Origin: Candidatus Gottesmanbacteria bacterium GW2011_GWA2_43_14
GTDB taxonomy: Bacteria; Patescibacteriota; Microgenomatia; 2-02-FULL-39-11
Direction of reading: 5' to 3'
DNA length: 64,000 nucleotides
Assembly: GCA_000999095.1 (NCBI GenBank)
Contig: LCFP01000002.1
Location: 5,736-69,735 of the forward strand
Each line of letters opens with the position of its first letter. The stretch's first letter is position 1. This document shows, in pieces, positions 9,673 through 19,661 of this stretch. A model generated the notes under the pieces. The model had not been told where the DNA came from and made no database searches. It worked only from the letters and a program-made list of their open reading frames with translations. The translations under genes and the position numbers were made by a program.

Positions 9673-10049
9673 GTTTATAATTCAGTATCACAAATTATTT
9701 TTTTAATTTCAACAAGTTATTTGAAAAAGTAACAAAAGGGGGCGCAAAAGGGCAAAAGGGGACGGTTCTTAAATAGCCTCGTTTTTGATAAAATAGGAGT
9801 ACCGGATTTTAAACGATACTTGGTACTCGCTTTATATATAAATGATAAAGGTAGTTGCTATGTTTTTAAAATAGTCAAGATAAAGCTAATAATGAATCAT
9901 ATAACTTTAATCATTTATTGGTAAAAAAAACTATTGAGATATCTTGTACAAAGATAGCTGTAAAGTCATTATTCGAAGCTAAATATATTAAAACGTAAAT
10001 GAGTGAAATACAGTGAGGTTAATTTATTAGTTTAATATTCGGTTATTAG

Positions 10050-10123
10050 TACCCCGTGCCGGATTCGAACCGGCGATTCTCTGGCTGAAAACCAGATGTC
10101 CTGGGCCGCTAGACGAACGGGGC
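10050..10123 (-). tRNA. tRNA-Glu (anticodon UUC)
   Basis: Reverse complement GCCCCGTTCGTCTAGCGGCCCAGGACATCTGGTTTTCAGCCAGAGAATCGCCGGTTCGAATCCGGCACGGGGTA folds as a cloverleaf with anticodon loop TTTTCAG. CCA is not encoded. Confidence 0.85.
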
Positions 10124-10204
10124 TATATATGGTCATTTTATCACAAATGGAAGTAGTTTACAGCGCAATATTAAAGATTGTGTAAGAAAAGAAGGGTCCT
10201 TACT

Positions 10205-10492
10205 TTACTCCGACGAAATCGATTTTGGGGAAGTCGCTGCGGACAAGAGTCCAGATTTATCCGCCAAATTAGCAGAATATTTGCCGAACTGGCCTCTTTC
10301 ACTTTCGCGGCACAGTTTGCCTTCCCAGTCTCTTATTATGGCTACTATTTTTTCGCCGACTTCATTGTATTTGACCTGCCACGAGGCTGAATCTTTGGTA
10401 TATTTATCGTGGAGATCGATAAATTCTGAAAAAATCTGCTTATTATTGTCGATCATTTTCTGGTAATATTCCTGATGCTTGGTCATTTGCAA
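10205..10492 (-). CDS. Hypothetical small protein
   Basis: 95-aa ORF with protein-like composition. The competing + strand ORFs look spurious. No recognisable motif. Confidence 0.3.
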   Translation of the reverse strand: MQMTKHQEYYQKMIDNNKQIFSEFIDLHDKYTKDSASWQVKYNEVGEKIVAIIRDWEGKLCRESERGQFGKYSANLADKSGLLSAATSPKSISSE

Positions 10493-10522
10493 AAATTATA
10501 AACGAAGTCCGAAAGGAGGACA

Positions 10523-11053
10523 ATGGAAATAATCAGTCAGTTAATTTTGTTTTTGGTGCTGCTTTTTGTCCTTACTCCGGCTGTGTATGCCTCTTTGACC
10601 GTAGCACCATTCATCCCTACAAAAACAGACGACATAGGACGGATAGCCAAATTAGCTAAATTTAAAAAAGGAGACCGCTTTTTGGAACTGGGAGCAGGTT
10701 CCGGCAGAGTAATGCTGGCTCTGGCAAAGCAATACCCGGAAATCACAGTCTCAGGCATAGAAATCCATCCTCTACTGTATCTTTTGATAAAAGCGAAAAT
10801 ACTGGTTCAGGGTCTTAGCCTTCGGGCAGATATCGGACTCGGAACATTGTACCGACGTGATTTTTCCGCTTCCGATGTCATTTATTGTTTTTTGATGCCG
10901 TATCCCATGAAAAAATTAAAGCAAAAATTCGAAAACGAATGTAAAAAAGGAACAAGAATTATCTCCAGGGCTTTCCCGGTTCCTGGCTGGCAACCGGCAG
11001 AAGTTTCATCGGAAGATAAAGAGATGGCGATCTATTTGTATAAGATAAGTTAG
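10523..11053 (+). CDS. Class I SAM-dependent methyltransferase with an N-terminal TM segment
   Basis: Motif I FLELGAGSGRVMLALA. An AAAGGAGGA ribosome-binding site lies upstream. Confidence 0.6.
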   Translation: MEIISQLILFLVLLFVLTPAVYASLTVAPFIPTKTDDIGRIAKLAKFKKGDRFLELGAGSGRVMLALAKQYPEITVSGIEIHPLLYLLIKAKILVQGLSLRADIGLGTLYRRDFSASDVIYCFLMPYPMKKLKQKFENECKKGTRIISRAFPVPGWQPAEVSSEDKEMAIYLYKIS

Positions 11054-11085
11054 CCATAACTTGACATAAACCCAGCCTCAGGATT

Positions 11086-11385
11086 ATGCTTGTGGGTGAC
11101 GATAGATTAAAATCTATATGTATGAATAAATATTGCCATAAATGTCTGAAAAATCTGATGGAACCATCCCGTTTGAAGATTTTCGATTATGTGCAGAAAT
11201 CTACAGACAGAGTAACCCTGGGGACTCTGGTCAACTTTACCAGACTGAGGCAACCGACAGTTACTTTCCATGTCAATAAGTTGGCGGAAGCGGGACTGCT
11301 GCAAAAAAAGAAATTCGGCCGCGAAGTCATTATCCAGACAAAACACCTCCCCGAACGCTGCACCACCTGTCCCATTTTTCACTAA
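11086..11385 (+). CDS. ArsR/SmtB-family HTH transcriptional regulator
   Basis: About 90 aa; an N-terminal CxxC (CHKC) precedes the wHTH LRQPTVTFHVNKLAEAGLL. A degraded paralog lies at 8297..8703. Confidence 0.55.
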   Translation: MLVGDDRLKSICMNKYCHKCLKNLMEPSRLKIFDYVQKSTDRVTLGTLVNFTRLRQPTVTFHVNKLAEAGLLQKKKFGREVIIQTKHLPERCTTCPIFH

Positions 11386-11408
11386 CTGTTCCTGGAAGTA
11401 TCTTATTT

Positions 11409-12284
11409 TTAACGCCGGTAAACAGGCCTCTCATCGCGGCCGAAGAAGGAGAAAACCGGATTATATGGAGAAGAATCTTCTACTGATACAGTCGGTTTAG
11501 GAAAAAGACTGATTGAGCGTAAAGGCTTTAATGTAGGCAAAACAAAAGGAGTGGGAGTCGGTAATGCGCCGTAATAATGAATTTTACTGTCTCCACCTAT
11601 CAGCAGGCCGTATATATGCTGACTGTCATCTGTTGCCTCGGTGCTGCCCCGGGCAGAGTTGAAGTTCCAGACGAAAACAGTTGAATTATCGGAAGTTAAG
11701 TCGTTGAGATAAATTCCGTTCTGCCAGTTTCCCGCGATATCCCTTGCCTGTCGGGAGACACGAATTTGGTCGACGCTTCCTTTAAAGCTGTTTCCGGATA
11801 AAAATGAACTGCTTCCACTCCCGCCGAATATAATTGATGGACCAAGCGGTTTAAGCTGGGTAGCACCGCCCGCGCTAAAGCTGGAAACACCGTTGATGAA
11901 AATCTTAGTGGAAGAAGATGATATGGTAACGGCAAGATGGTGCCAATTCCCGGGGGATAAATTTCCGGTGGTCATCTGTCTCATGGCGTTTACAGCATAG
12001 GAATAAGTTAACTGGAGAGATCCGCCGTTTATGGATATCTGATAGTTAGGTGAAACATTGCCTTCTGCTCCTATTGTTAAAAGATGCTGCAGACCGCTGA
12101 GGCTGTTGGGTTTTATCCAGGTTTCAAAGGCAAATTCCGCAGGAGAGGATAAATCATTGTTTTCAGCCTTAATAAACCCACCATTGAGTTCCAGATAGTT
12201 GCCGCTGGGAGGTGCTGCATTAACCAATCGGGGATGGAATAAAGCTAGCAAAAGAACAGCAGAATAAAACAATATTTTGATCAT
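11409..12284 (-). CDS. Secreted LamG / concanavalin A-like lectin domain protein
   Basis: Signal peptide MIKILFYSAVLLLALF...VNA. Start trimmed to the internal Met at 12284. The segment LELNGGFIKAEN...FAFETWIKPNS...HLLTIG is typical of Laminin_G_3. Confidence 0.55.
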   Translation of the reverse strand: MIKILFYSAVLLLALFHPRLVNAAPPSGNYLELNGGFIKAENNDLSSPAEFAFETWIKPNSLSGLQHLLTIGAEGNVSPNYQISINGGSLQLTYSYAVNAMRQMTTGNLSPGNWHHLAVTISSSSTKIFINGVSSFSAGGATQLKPLGPSIIFGGSGSSSFLSGNSFKGSVDQIRVSRQARDIAGNWQNGIYLNDLTSDNSTVFVWNFNSARGSTEATDDSQHIYGLLIGGDSKIHYYGALPTPTPFVLPTLKPLRSISLFPKPTVSVEDSSPYNPVFSFFGRDERPVYRR

Positions 12285-12350
12285 TTTTCTGGGGGGCAGC
12301 GTATAAGAAGGCAGAAGAACCACCTTACTTTATATAAAACGTCCAACAGC

Positions 12351-12773
12351 ATGTCAAGTCACGGTTTTGGTGGAATATCGGGTATAATAAAAAAAATGGA
12401 ATGGTATCCCGCGACTGATATCAAACGAGAGCTGGGTAAAATCGTCAGGGAATTGGAACTTGACTATATTAAATTAAACAAAATTGTCTGTTACCGTTCC
12501 CACGGATCCACGTCCCGTGCCAGGGCCAGGATTTGGAGCTTTCCCAAGGTCTGGCAAATGGCATTGAAGCTGCCTCCGTATTATATTATAGAAGTTATCA
12601 GTGAACGGTTTGACCGGCTGAACCAGCAGGAAAAAATACGGACGCTGATCCATGAACTTATGCATATCCCGATGAATTTTTCCGGTAGTCTCCTGCCGCA
12701 CCGCACCAGAAGCGGACATCTGGAGAAGAAAGTGGAAAAATTCTACAGGCTTCTGGCTAATAAAAGAATATGA
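12351..12773 (+). CDS. Putative zinc metallopeptidase (HExxH)
   Basis: IRTLIHELMHIP contains an HExxH motif in a small protein, which is SprT/DUF45-like. The family is uncertain. Confidence 0.35.
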   Translation: MSSHGFGGISGIIKKMEWYPATDIKRELGKIVRELELDYIKLNKIVCYRSHGSTSRARARIWSFPKVWQMALKLPPYYIIEVISERFDRLNQQEKIRTLIHELMHIPMNFSGSLLPHRTRSGHLEKKVEKFYRLLANKRI

Positions 12774-13450
12774 TCATGCTCATCCACGGTAATGACAATG
12801 ACTCTTCACGGAAAAAACTGCAGGAAATTATTTCCGGAAGGGATGCGGAAAGTATGTATTTCGATGGAGGTAAACTGGAATTAGCCGATCTGCTGCTTGC
12901 CAATGAAGCAGCCACGCTTTTATCAACAACCAAAACCATTATTATTGAAAACTTCTTTAAAGGCACAAAGCAAAAGGCAAAGGAAGCGATTCTGGACTAC
13001 TCTTTAAAAAATTCCGGTGACAACCTGCTTATTTTTTGGGATGATCATGAAGTCGGCGTCCAGTCAAAAAAGTTTCCGGCCAAACAGAATTTCAAATTCG
13101 ATTTCCCCAAGCTCCTTTTTAAATTTCTCGATGATATAGGCCGTCAGAAGACTTCTGTTATCCTTACTTACTTTCACGAGCTGTTAAAAGAAAAAGAAGT
13201 CTCACTGATTTTTGCCTTGATAATCCGTCAATTCCGTTTTCTGTTAATGACGGCTGACTTAAATCTGAAGGAAGGTTTGCCTTTAGCCTCCTGGCAGGTA
13301 GCGAAATTCCGTCAGCAGGGTAGGGCTTTCTCGCATGATGAACTGATGCAAAATTACCGCGGCCTATTAAATATCGATTACCGGTTGAAAAACGGCCTTA
13401 CTCCGTTGAAGCTAGACCAGCTTATTGACATCTTTCTTATCAATTTATAG
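12770..13450 (+). CDS. holA: DNA polymerase III delta subunit (HolA)-like
   Basis: N-terminus MIMLIHGNDNDSSRKKLQEII resembles HolA. The start overlaps the upstream stop (ATGA). Confidence 0.45.
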   Translation: MIMLIHGNDNDSSRKKLQEIISGRDAESMYFDGGKLELADLLLANEAATLLSTTKTIIIENFFKGTKQKAKEAILDYSLKNSGDNLLIFWDDHEVGVQSKKFPAKQNFKFDFPKLLFKFLDDIGRQKTSVILTYFHELLKEKEVSLIFALIIRQFRFLLMTADLNLKEGLPLASWQVAKFRQQGRAFSHDELMQNYRGLLNIDYRLKNGLTPLKLDQLIDIFLINL

Positions 13451-13496
13451 GATTAATGGTAATATCATATTTTTTCATAAAAGGTAAAAAGGCATA

Positions 13497-14876
13497 TTGA
13501 CAGACATATCAATTGACACTTCAATTTTCCGGGATTACGACATCCGGGGCATCTATCCTGAACAAGTCAATGAACAGACTTTTCTCGTCATTGGCAAGTC
13601 TCTCTCCTCCTTTCTTAAAGTGGATAAAATATCAGTTGGCTTTGACGCCCGCCTGTCATCAGAAAAACTGTCTCAAAGCCTGATATCGGGAATAACCTCG
13701 ATGGGAACGGATGTTGTCACTTTAGGACAGATATCAACGGAAATGAATTATTTTGCATCTGGCAGGTACGGTTTTCCGGCATCTGTCATTGTCAGCGCCT
13801 CACATAACCCTCCGCAATATAACGGTCTGAAAATAGTTAAGAAAGGGGTTGTGCCTTTACACGGGAGTTTTGGTCTGCCCGAAATCAAAGAACTTGCTAT
13901 AATCCAAAAATTTAACAACGCGACGCGAACGGGCAAAGTAATTAGTATGGACATTAGCGATGATTGGTTGGATCATCTGCTTTCTTTTATTGATCCGAAA
14001 AAATTGGCCGGCATGACGGTTGTGGTGGATACGGGAAACGGTATGGGGGGACCGACCTGGGAAAAAATCAACCGCAGATTGCCTTCCATTAAAATTATTC
14101 CGCTTTTTTTTAAACCGGACGGCCATTTCCCCAACCATCTGCCGGATCCTTTAAATCCCGATAATCTGGTCGCTTTGCAGGAAAAAATCAGGGTTACTAA
14201 AGCTGATGCAGGAATTGCCCTGGACGGTGACGCTGACAGACTTTTTACCGTAGATGATAAAGGAGATCTTTTATCCGGAACCTTAACCTGTGCCATGCTT
14301 GCCGAACATCTGCTTCTGACCAGAGGTTCAGGACCGGTTTTATACAGTATCACCACCGGAAAAATAGTGCCTGAAACAGTTAAAAAGCATAAAGGCATAC
14401 CATTCAAAACACGCGTCGGCCATTCTTTTATCAAAACTGAAATGAAAAAAAGGCATGCCCTTTTTGCCGGAGAACATTCGGGCCATTTTTATTTCCGGGA
14501 TAATTATAATGCTGATTCAGCCTCGATAGCCGCGCTTTTATTTTTGGAATTTCTTGCCGTCAAAGGCAAAAAACTGTCGGAATTGCGTAAAACCTATGAA
14601 AGCCATATCAGCTCGAGTGAAATTAATTTTCTGGTTGACGATACGGAAAAATTTCTCAATAATATAAGGAAGCACTTCGCCGGAAAAGAGCTTGATCTGA
14701 TTGACGGTTTGACTTTGGACGAAGGCAGCTGGTGGTTTAACGTGCGTGCTTCCAAGACTGAACCTTTAATCAGATTAAATATGGAAGCAGACAACCCTCT
14801 TCTTTATAAGCAAAAATATAAGGCGATTAATACGGTTATCAGGCAGCTCGGTGGTACTCCCAAAATTGAAACATGA
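13497..14876 (+). CDS. Phosphomannomutase/phosphoglucomutase
   Basis: Active-site SASHNP motif (SVIVSASHNPPQYNG) and metal-binding site GIALDGDADR. Confidence 0.85.
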   Translation: MTDISIDTSIFRDYDIRGIYPEQVNEQTFLVIGKSLSSFLKVDKISVGFDARLSSEKLSQSLISGITSMGTDVVTLGQISTEMNYFASGRYGFPASVIVSASHNPPQYNGLKIVKKGVVPLHGSFGLPEIKELAIIQKFNNATRTGKVISMDISDDWLDHLLSFIDPKKLAGMTVVVDTGNGMGGPTWEKINRRLPSIKIIPLFFKPDGHFPNHLPDPLNPDNLVALQEKIRVTKADAGIALDGDADRLFTVDDKGDLLSGTLTCAMLAEHLLLTRGSGPVLYSITTGKIVPETVKKHKGIPFKTRVGHSFIKTEMKKRHALFAGEHSGHFYFRDNYNADSASIAALLFLEFLAVKGKKLSELRKTYESHISSSEINFLVDDTEKFLNNIRKHFAGKELDLIDGLTLDEGSWWFNVRASKTEPLIRLNMEADNPLLYKQKYKAINTVIRQLGGTPKIET

Positions 14877-15946
14877 AGATAAATCTTGAGAAACCTGAAG
14901 ACATCAGAAAATTGGACGAAAATAATTGTCTTATCTCAATAAAAAATTTCGGACTGCAGTTTAAGTCCGCCTGGACAGAAACGGAAAAATTGTCTTTGCC
15001 CGTTTCCCGGTTCAAACGTGTCCTCTTCTGCGGAATGGGCGGCTCTGCTTATGCCGGCAGGCTTATCAAGGAATTATTTTTGGACGAATCAGCAGTTTCC
15101 TTCGAGGTGATTGACGATTATCGTCTGCCGAAATATGCCGATAGCGAGACTCTGGTTATGGCTGTCAGCTATTCCGGAAATACGGAGGAGACCATAGCCT
15201 GCCTTAAACAGGCTTTTATACGGAAAATACCGGTAATCGGAGTAAGTTCCGGGGGTAGTTTGGCCGAAATTTGCCGGGAGAGTAATCTCCCGTTTTTTGT
15301 TTTTAAAGATACCTTAAATCCGTCAGAACAGCCGAGGCTTGGACAGGGTTATCTGATCGGTGCCCAACTGGCCGTCCTTAACCGTCTAGGTTTGATCACC
15401 ATAAGCCAAGAGGAGGTTTCCCGGATGCTGGCATTTTTGGATTTACAAAATGGACTCTATTCAGAAACATCCGGCATAGCTCAAAATCCTGCCAAGCAAT
15501 TGGCTGCCGGTTTGGAGCGTCACATTCCGGTTATTGTCGCTGCCGAATTTTTAAAAGGGGCCATGCAGGCTATACGCAACCCGATCAATGAAACAGGTAA
15601 GCATTTTGCCGTTTACTTCCCCCTGCCGGAAGCCAACCATCACCTGCTGGAAGGCCTTAAGTTTCCCGAAGGCTTGAAATCCCAGCTAAAATTCATTTTT
15701 GTGGACTCTTCACACTACAGTGATAAAATCAAATTAAGGCTGAAACTGACGGCGGAAGTTGCCGCTAAAAATGATTTGACGTCGGAGATGATTGAACTTA
15801 AATCCGCCAGCCGATTCAGCCAAACAATGGAGCTTTTACAGCTTTTCAGTTTTCTTTCATTTTACCTGGCGGTTGTCCACGGAGTAAATCCTGCGCCTGT
15901 GCCATGGGTTGATTTCTTTAAACAAAAATTACTTACCCGGTCCTGA
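14873..15946 (+). CDS. Bifunctional phosphoglucose/phosphomannose isomerase (SIS domain, archaeal-type PGI/PMI)
   Basis: SIS motif VLFCGMGGSAYAGRL; about 350 aa; 4-nt overlap with the PMM gene. Confidence 0.6.
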   Translation: MKINLEKPEDIRKLDENNCLISIKNFGLQFKSAWTETEKLSLPVSRFKRVLFCGMGGSAYAGRLIKELFLDESAVSFEVIDDYRLPKYADSETLVMAVSYSGNTEETIACLKQAFIRKIPVIGVSSGGSLAEICRESNLPFFVFKDTLNPSEQPRLGQGYLIGAQLAVLNRLGLITISQEEVSRMLAFLDLQNGLYSETSGIAQNPAKQLAAGLERHIPVIVAAEFLKGAMQAIRNPINETGKHFAVYFPLPEANHHLLEGLKFPEGLKSQLKFIFVDSSHYSDKIKLRLKLTAEVAAKNDLTSEMIELKSASRFSQTMELLQLFSFLSFYLAVVHGVNPAPVPWVDFFKQKLLTRS

Positions 15947-15972
15947 ACCGGGAAAGGAAAGGGGGAAATATT

Positions 15973-18312
15973 ATGAGAAAATATAAATACGTCGTCTGGT
16001 TTGACGAGATAGATAAGGAAGATATTCCTGTTGTCGGCGGCAAAGGGGCCAATCTGGGGGAAATGTTTAAAGCTAAAATCCCCGTGCCTTACGGTTTCGT
16101 CGTCACCTCCCAAAGCTATTTCCAGTTTCTCCGAGAAACCAAGCTAGACAGGAAAATTGCTGACCAGCTGAAAAATCTGGATCATCATAATTCCAATCTC
16201 TTAAACTCAATATCCAAAAATATCCGCAATCTGATACTCAGCCAGCCCATACCTGAGGATATTGCCAGGGAAATCATCTTTGCCTATACGGAACTGACCG
16301 GCCGCAGCCAGAAAAAAATGAAACTGCTGGATAAATTGTCGTCGCTTCTCAAAAACCCGTATGTAGCCGTACGCTCGTCAGCCACAGCCGAAGACCTGCC
16401 GGGCGCTTCATTTGCGGGCCAGCAGGATACTTATTTAAATGTCAGCGGAGAGGCAAGCGTCATTAGAAAAGTGCACGAATCATGGGCTTCCCTGTTTACT
16501 TCCCGTGCCATGTTTTACCGGGAGGAGCAGAAGTTTGACCATATGAAAGTCGGGCTGGCTTCGGTTGTCCAGCAGATGGTAGCTTCCGATGCTTCAGGAG
16601 TCATGTTTACAGTTGACCCTGTGACTAATGACAAGAAAAAAATTACCATCGAAGCCATCCTTGGCTTGGGTGAACTTATTGTCCAGGGTTCTGTCACACC
16701 CGATCATTACGAAGTAGATAAGGAAACGATGGAAATTTTAGTGCGGCATGTCGGCGACCAGAAGAAAAAACTGGTTAAAAAAGGCAGTTCAAATGCCGAA
16801 ATCCGGATGACAAAAACGGAAAAAGACCGGCAGAAAATCAGCGATGACCAGGTCAGGGAAATCGCTGCCTTGGGCAAGAAACTAGAAAAGCATTATTATT
16901 TTCCGCAGGATATCGAATGGGCTGTTGATAAGGGGCATGTTTACATTGTGCAGACCCGTCCGATTACCACTTTTTCAGAAAAGGAAAAAACAGCAGTTCC
17001 TGCGGCTGATCTTTCCTCCTTGAACCTGAAATTGCTCCTAAGCGGTGATCCGGCTTCACCGGGCATTAAATCAGGTCCCGTGAAAATTATCCATAAAGCA
17101 TCGGAAATAGAGGATGTTAAAGCGGGGGATGTGCTGGTGACGGTACAAACAAACCCGGATTTTGTACCGGCCATGAAAAAAGCTGTGGCTATAGTGACTG
17201 AAAGGGGCGGCCGGACATCCCATGCAGCCATTGTTTCCCGGGAACTTGGTATTCCTGCTGTAGTCGGAACAGGTAAAGCCACAAAAGTTTTACCGGCGAA
17301 TTCAATAGTCACCGTAGACGGAGCCCAGGGAAAGATATACCAGGGAGCCTTTACAAATGAACTTAAGGCATTGACGGAGAAAGTAAGGCCTTCCAAAAGC
17401 ACTGAAAGATTAAAGACTGCCACCAAGGTTTATGTCAATCTCGCCACACCCAACCGGGTTGAGGAAGTGGCCGCCATGAATGCTGACGGGGTAGGTCTTT
17501 TAAGAGCGGAATTCATGATTGCCGATATCGGCGTCCATCCCAGGAAGTTAATCAAGGACAAACGCCAGCATTTTTTCATTGACAAACTGGGTGGTGACCT
17601 TCTTAAATTCTGCCGGCACTTCAATCCCAGGCCTGTAGTATATAGGGCTACTGATTTCAAAACCAATGAATACCGCAATCTGATCGGCGGCAAAGAGTAC
17701 GAACCGGAGGAGCCGAATCCCATGCTTGGTTATAGGGGTGCATTCCGCTACATGTCCGACCCTGAAGTTTTCAATCTTGAATTGGAAACCATCAAAATGG
17801 TCAGAAACAAGCATGGCTTGAAAAACCTTTGGCTGATGTTGCCTTTTGTCCGGACTGTCAGGGAACTTATAGAAGTCAAAAAAATCATTTCAGCCAGCGG
17901 TCTATCCAGGTCAGCCTCCTTTAAATTGTGGATGATGGTAGAAATTCCGTCCAACGTTATTTTACTGGATAAATTTTGCGAGGCCGGTATTGACGGAGTA
18001 TCAATAGGGTCAAATGATCTGACCATGCTGATTTTGGGTACAGACAGGGATAATACCGAAGTTTCCCCTGAATTTGACGAAAGAAATGAGGCGGTAACCT
18101 GGGCGATAGAGAGGGTTATTACTATCGCTAAAAAATATAAGGTAACAACCTCAATCTGCGGCCAGGCTCCCTCCGATTATCCGGAGCTGGTGGAAAAACT
18201 GGTATCTTTGGGGATCACCTCCATGTCCGTCAATGCCGATGCCCTGGACAAGGTCAGGGAGACGGTGGCCGGAGCGGAAATGAAATTAGCCCAAAAAGTA
18301 GCCAAAAAATAA
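15973..18312 (+). CDS. ppsA: Phosphoenolpyruvate synthase (pyruvate, water dikinase)
   Basis: N-terminal GGKGANLGEM, phosphohistidine domain GGRTSHAAIVSRELGIPAVVG, and a C-terminal PEP-utilising TIM-barrel domain. Confidence 0.9.
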   Translation: MRKYKYVVWFDEIDKEDIPVVGGKGANLGEMFKAKIPVPYGFVVTSQSYFQFLRETKLDRKIADQLKNLDHHNSNLLNSISKNIRNLILSQPIPEDIAREIIFAYTELTGRSQKKMKLLDKLSSLLKNPYVAVRSSATAEDLPGASFAGQQDTYLNVSGEASVIRKVHESWASLFTSRAMFYREEQKFDHMKVGLASVVQQMVASDASGVMFTVDPVTNDKKKITIEAILGLGELIVQGSVTPDHYEVDKETMEILVRHVGDQKKKLVKKGSSNAEIRMTKTEKDRQKISDDQVREIAALGKKLEKHYYFPQDIEWAVDKGHVYIVQTRPITTFSEKEKTAVPAADLSSLNLKLLLSGDPASPGIKSGPVKIIHKASEIEDVKAGDVLVTVQTNPDFVPAMKKAVAIVTERGGRTSHAAIVSRELGIPAVVGTGKATKVLPANSIVTVDGAQGKIYQGAFTNELKALTEKVRPSKSTERLKTATKVYVNLATPNRVEEVAAMNADGVGLLRAEFMIADIGVHPRKLIKDKRQHFFIDKLGGDLLKFCRHFNPRPVVYRATDFKTNEYRNLIGGKEYEPEEPNPMLGYRGAFRYMSDPEVFNLELETIKMVRNKHGLKNLWLMLPFVRTVRELIEVKKIISASGLSRSASFKLWMMVEIPSNVILLDKFCEAGIDGVSIGSNDLTMLILGTDRDNTEVSPEFDERNEAVTWAIERVITIAKKYKVTTSICGQAPSDYPELVEKLVSLGITSMSVNADALDKVRETVAGAEMKLAQKVAKK

Positions 18313-18315
18313 AAA

Positions 18316-19563
18316 ATGGTTCAAATCAAAGCAGTTACAGCACGCCAAATTTTGGACAGCCGGGGTCAGCCGACTGTAGAAACAACCGTCATTTTGGAAA
18401 ACGGTATAAAAGCTACAGCGTCAGTTCCCTCGGGCGCTTCAACCGGCATTCACGAAGCGGTAGAACTTCGGGATAACCGTGCTGAGTCTTTTGGCGGTAA
18501 AAGTGTCAGCCTGGCGGTTGAAAACGTCCGAGGAATACTGAATAAACTGCTGACCGGACTGGACAGTACCGATCAGCAGGGTATTGACCGGAAAATGATC
18601 GAGTTGGACGGTACTCCCAATAAAAAAAACATCGGTGCCAATGCCATCCTTTCAGTTTCGGCAGCAGTCCTTAAAGCTTCCGCTGCAGCCGAAGGAAAAG
18701 AAGTTTACCAAAGAATCAGCGATCTGTATGGCGGAAAAAAAACGGAGCATCAGGTCATACCTTTATTTAATGTCGTAAACGGCGGCTTACATGGGAATAA
18801 CAGGTTATCAATCCAGGAATTCATGGTCATTACTGCTCCCGGACTGTCCTTCAGCCGGGCTTTGGAAACAGGCGCAGCCATCTATCAGACAATGAGAAAA
18901 GATTTGGCACAGCGTCAAATCCCTTTGGCTGTCGGCGACGAAGGCGGCTTTATTCCCGATGCCTCCGATAACAGTCAGGTCATAAGTTACTTGTTGGAAA
19001 TAATCCGTCAGGCGGGCTATAAATACGGCATAGATGTTTTTCTGGGACTGGATTTTGCTTCAAGCACATATTTTAAAGACGGCTACTACAGTTTTACGGC
19101 TGATACCCTTTCTTCTGCCAGGGAATACCTGACTGAAATCGAAAACCTTCAACGCCAATACCGTTTTCATCTATTAGAAGATCCTCTTTCAGAAGATGAT
19201 TGGCAGAACTGGTCTGTTTTAACGGAAAAAATCGGCAGTCAGACAAAAATTGTCGGCGACGATCTGCTGGTTACTAACAGTCAGCGCCTGGAAAAAGCCG
19301 TCAGGGAAAAATCCTGCAATGCTATCCTCATAAAAATCAACCAGATCGGAACAATCAGCGAAACATTAGAAGTCATGCATCTTGCTGATAAACACGGTTT
19401 TTCCAGGATCATATCCCACCGTTCGGGTGAAACCAATGACGATTTAATCGCTGACCTGGCAGTCGGCACAGGCGCCCAATACGTTAAGTTCGGAGCTCCT
19501 GCCCGGGGTGAACGCACAGCAAAATACAACCGTTTGCTGGCTATTTACGATCAATATTCTTAA
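18316..19563 (+). CDS. eno: Enolase
   Basis: MVQIKAVTARQILDSRGQPTVE...SGASTGIHEAVELRD; full length, 415 aa. Confidence 0.95.
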   Translation: MVQIKAVTARQILDSRGQPTVETTVILENGIKATASVPSGASTGIHEAVELRDNRAESFGGKSVSLAVENVRGILNKLLTGLDSTDQQGIDRKMIELDGTPNKKNIGANAILSVSAAVLKASAAAEGKEVYQRISDLYGGKKTEHQVIPLFNVVNGGLHGNNRLSIQEFMVITAPGLSFSRALETGAAIYQTMRKDLAQRQIPLAVGDEGGFIPDASDNSQVISYLLEIIRQAGYKYGIDVFLGLDFASSTYFKDGYYSFTADTLSSAREYLTEIENLQRQYRFHLLEDPLSEDDWQNWSVLTEKIGSQTKIVGDDLLVTNSQRLEKAVREKSCNAILIKINQIGTISETLEVMHLADKHGFSRIISHRSGETNDDLIADLAVGTGAQYVKFGAPARGERTAKYNRLLAIYDQYS

Positions 19564-19661
19564 ATTATTTGACAGATAACCGTAGGTAGAAATTTACCGG
19601 CGGATATATTAGACTGAAGTATTAACCGAAGTTATAAAGTTTCAATTTAAGGAGCTGGAAA

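Noticed and set aside
10178-10466. Plus-strand ORFs 10178..10390 and 10281..10466
   Set aside because: They encode Arg/Cys/Ser-rich strings antisense to a more protein-like minus-strand ORF, which is itself only low-confidence.
16515-18026. Multiple 60-160-aa ORFs antisense within ppsA, enolase, uvrAB and other long genes
   Set aside because: They are embedded in well-supported conserved genes on the opposite strand and are typical six-frame noise.
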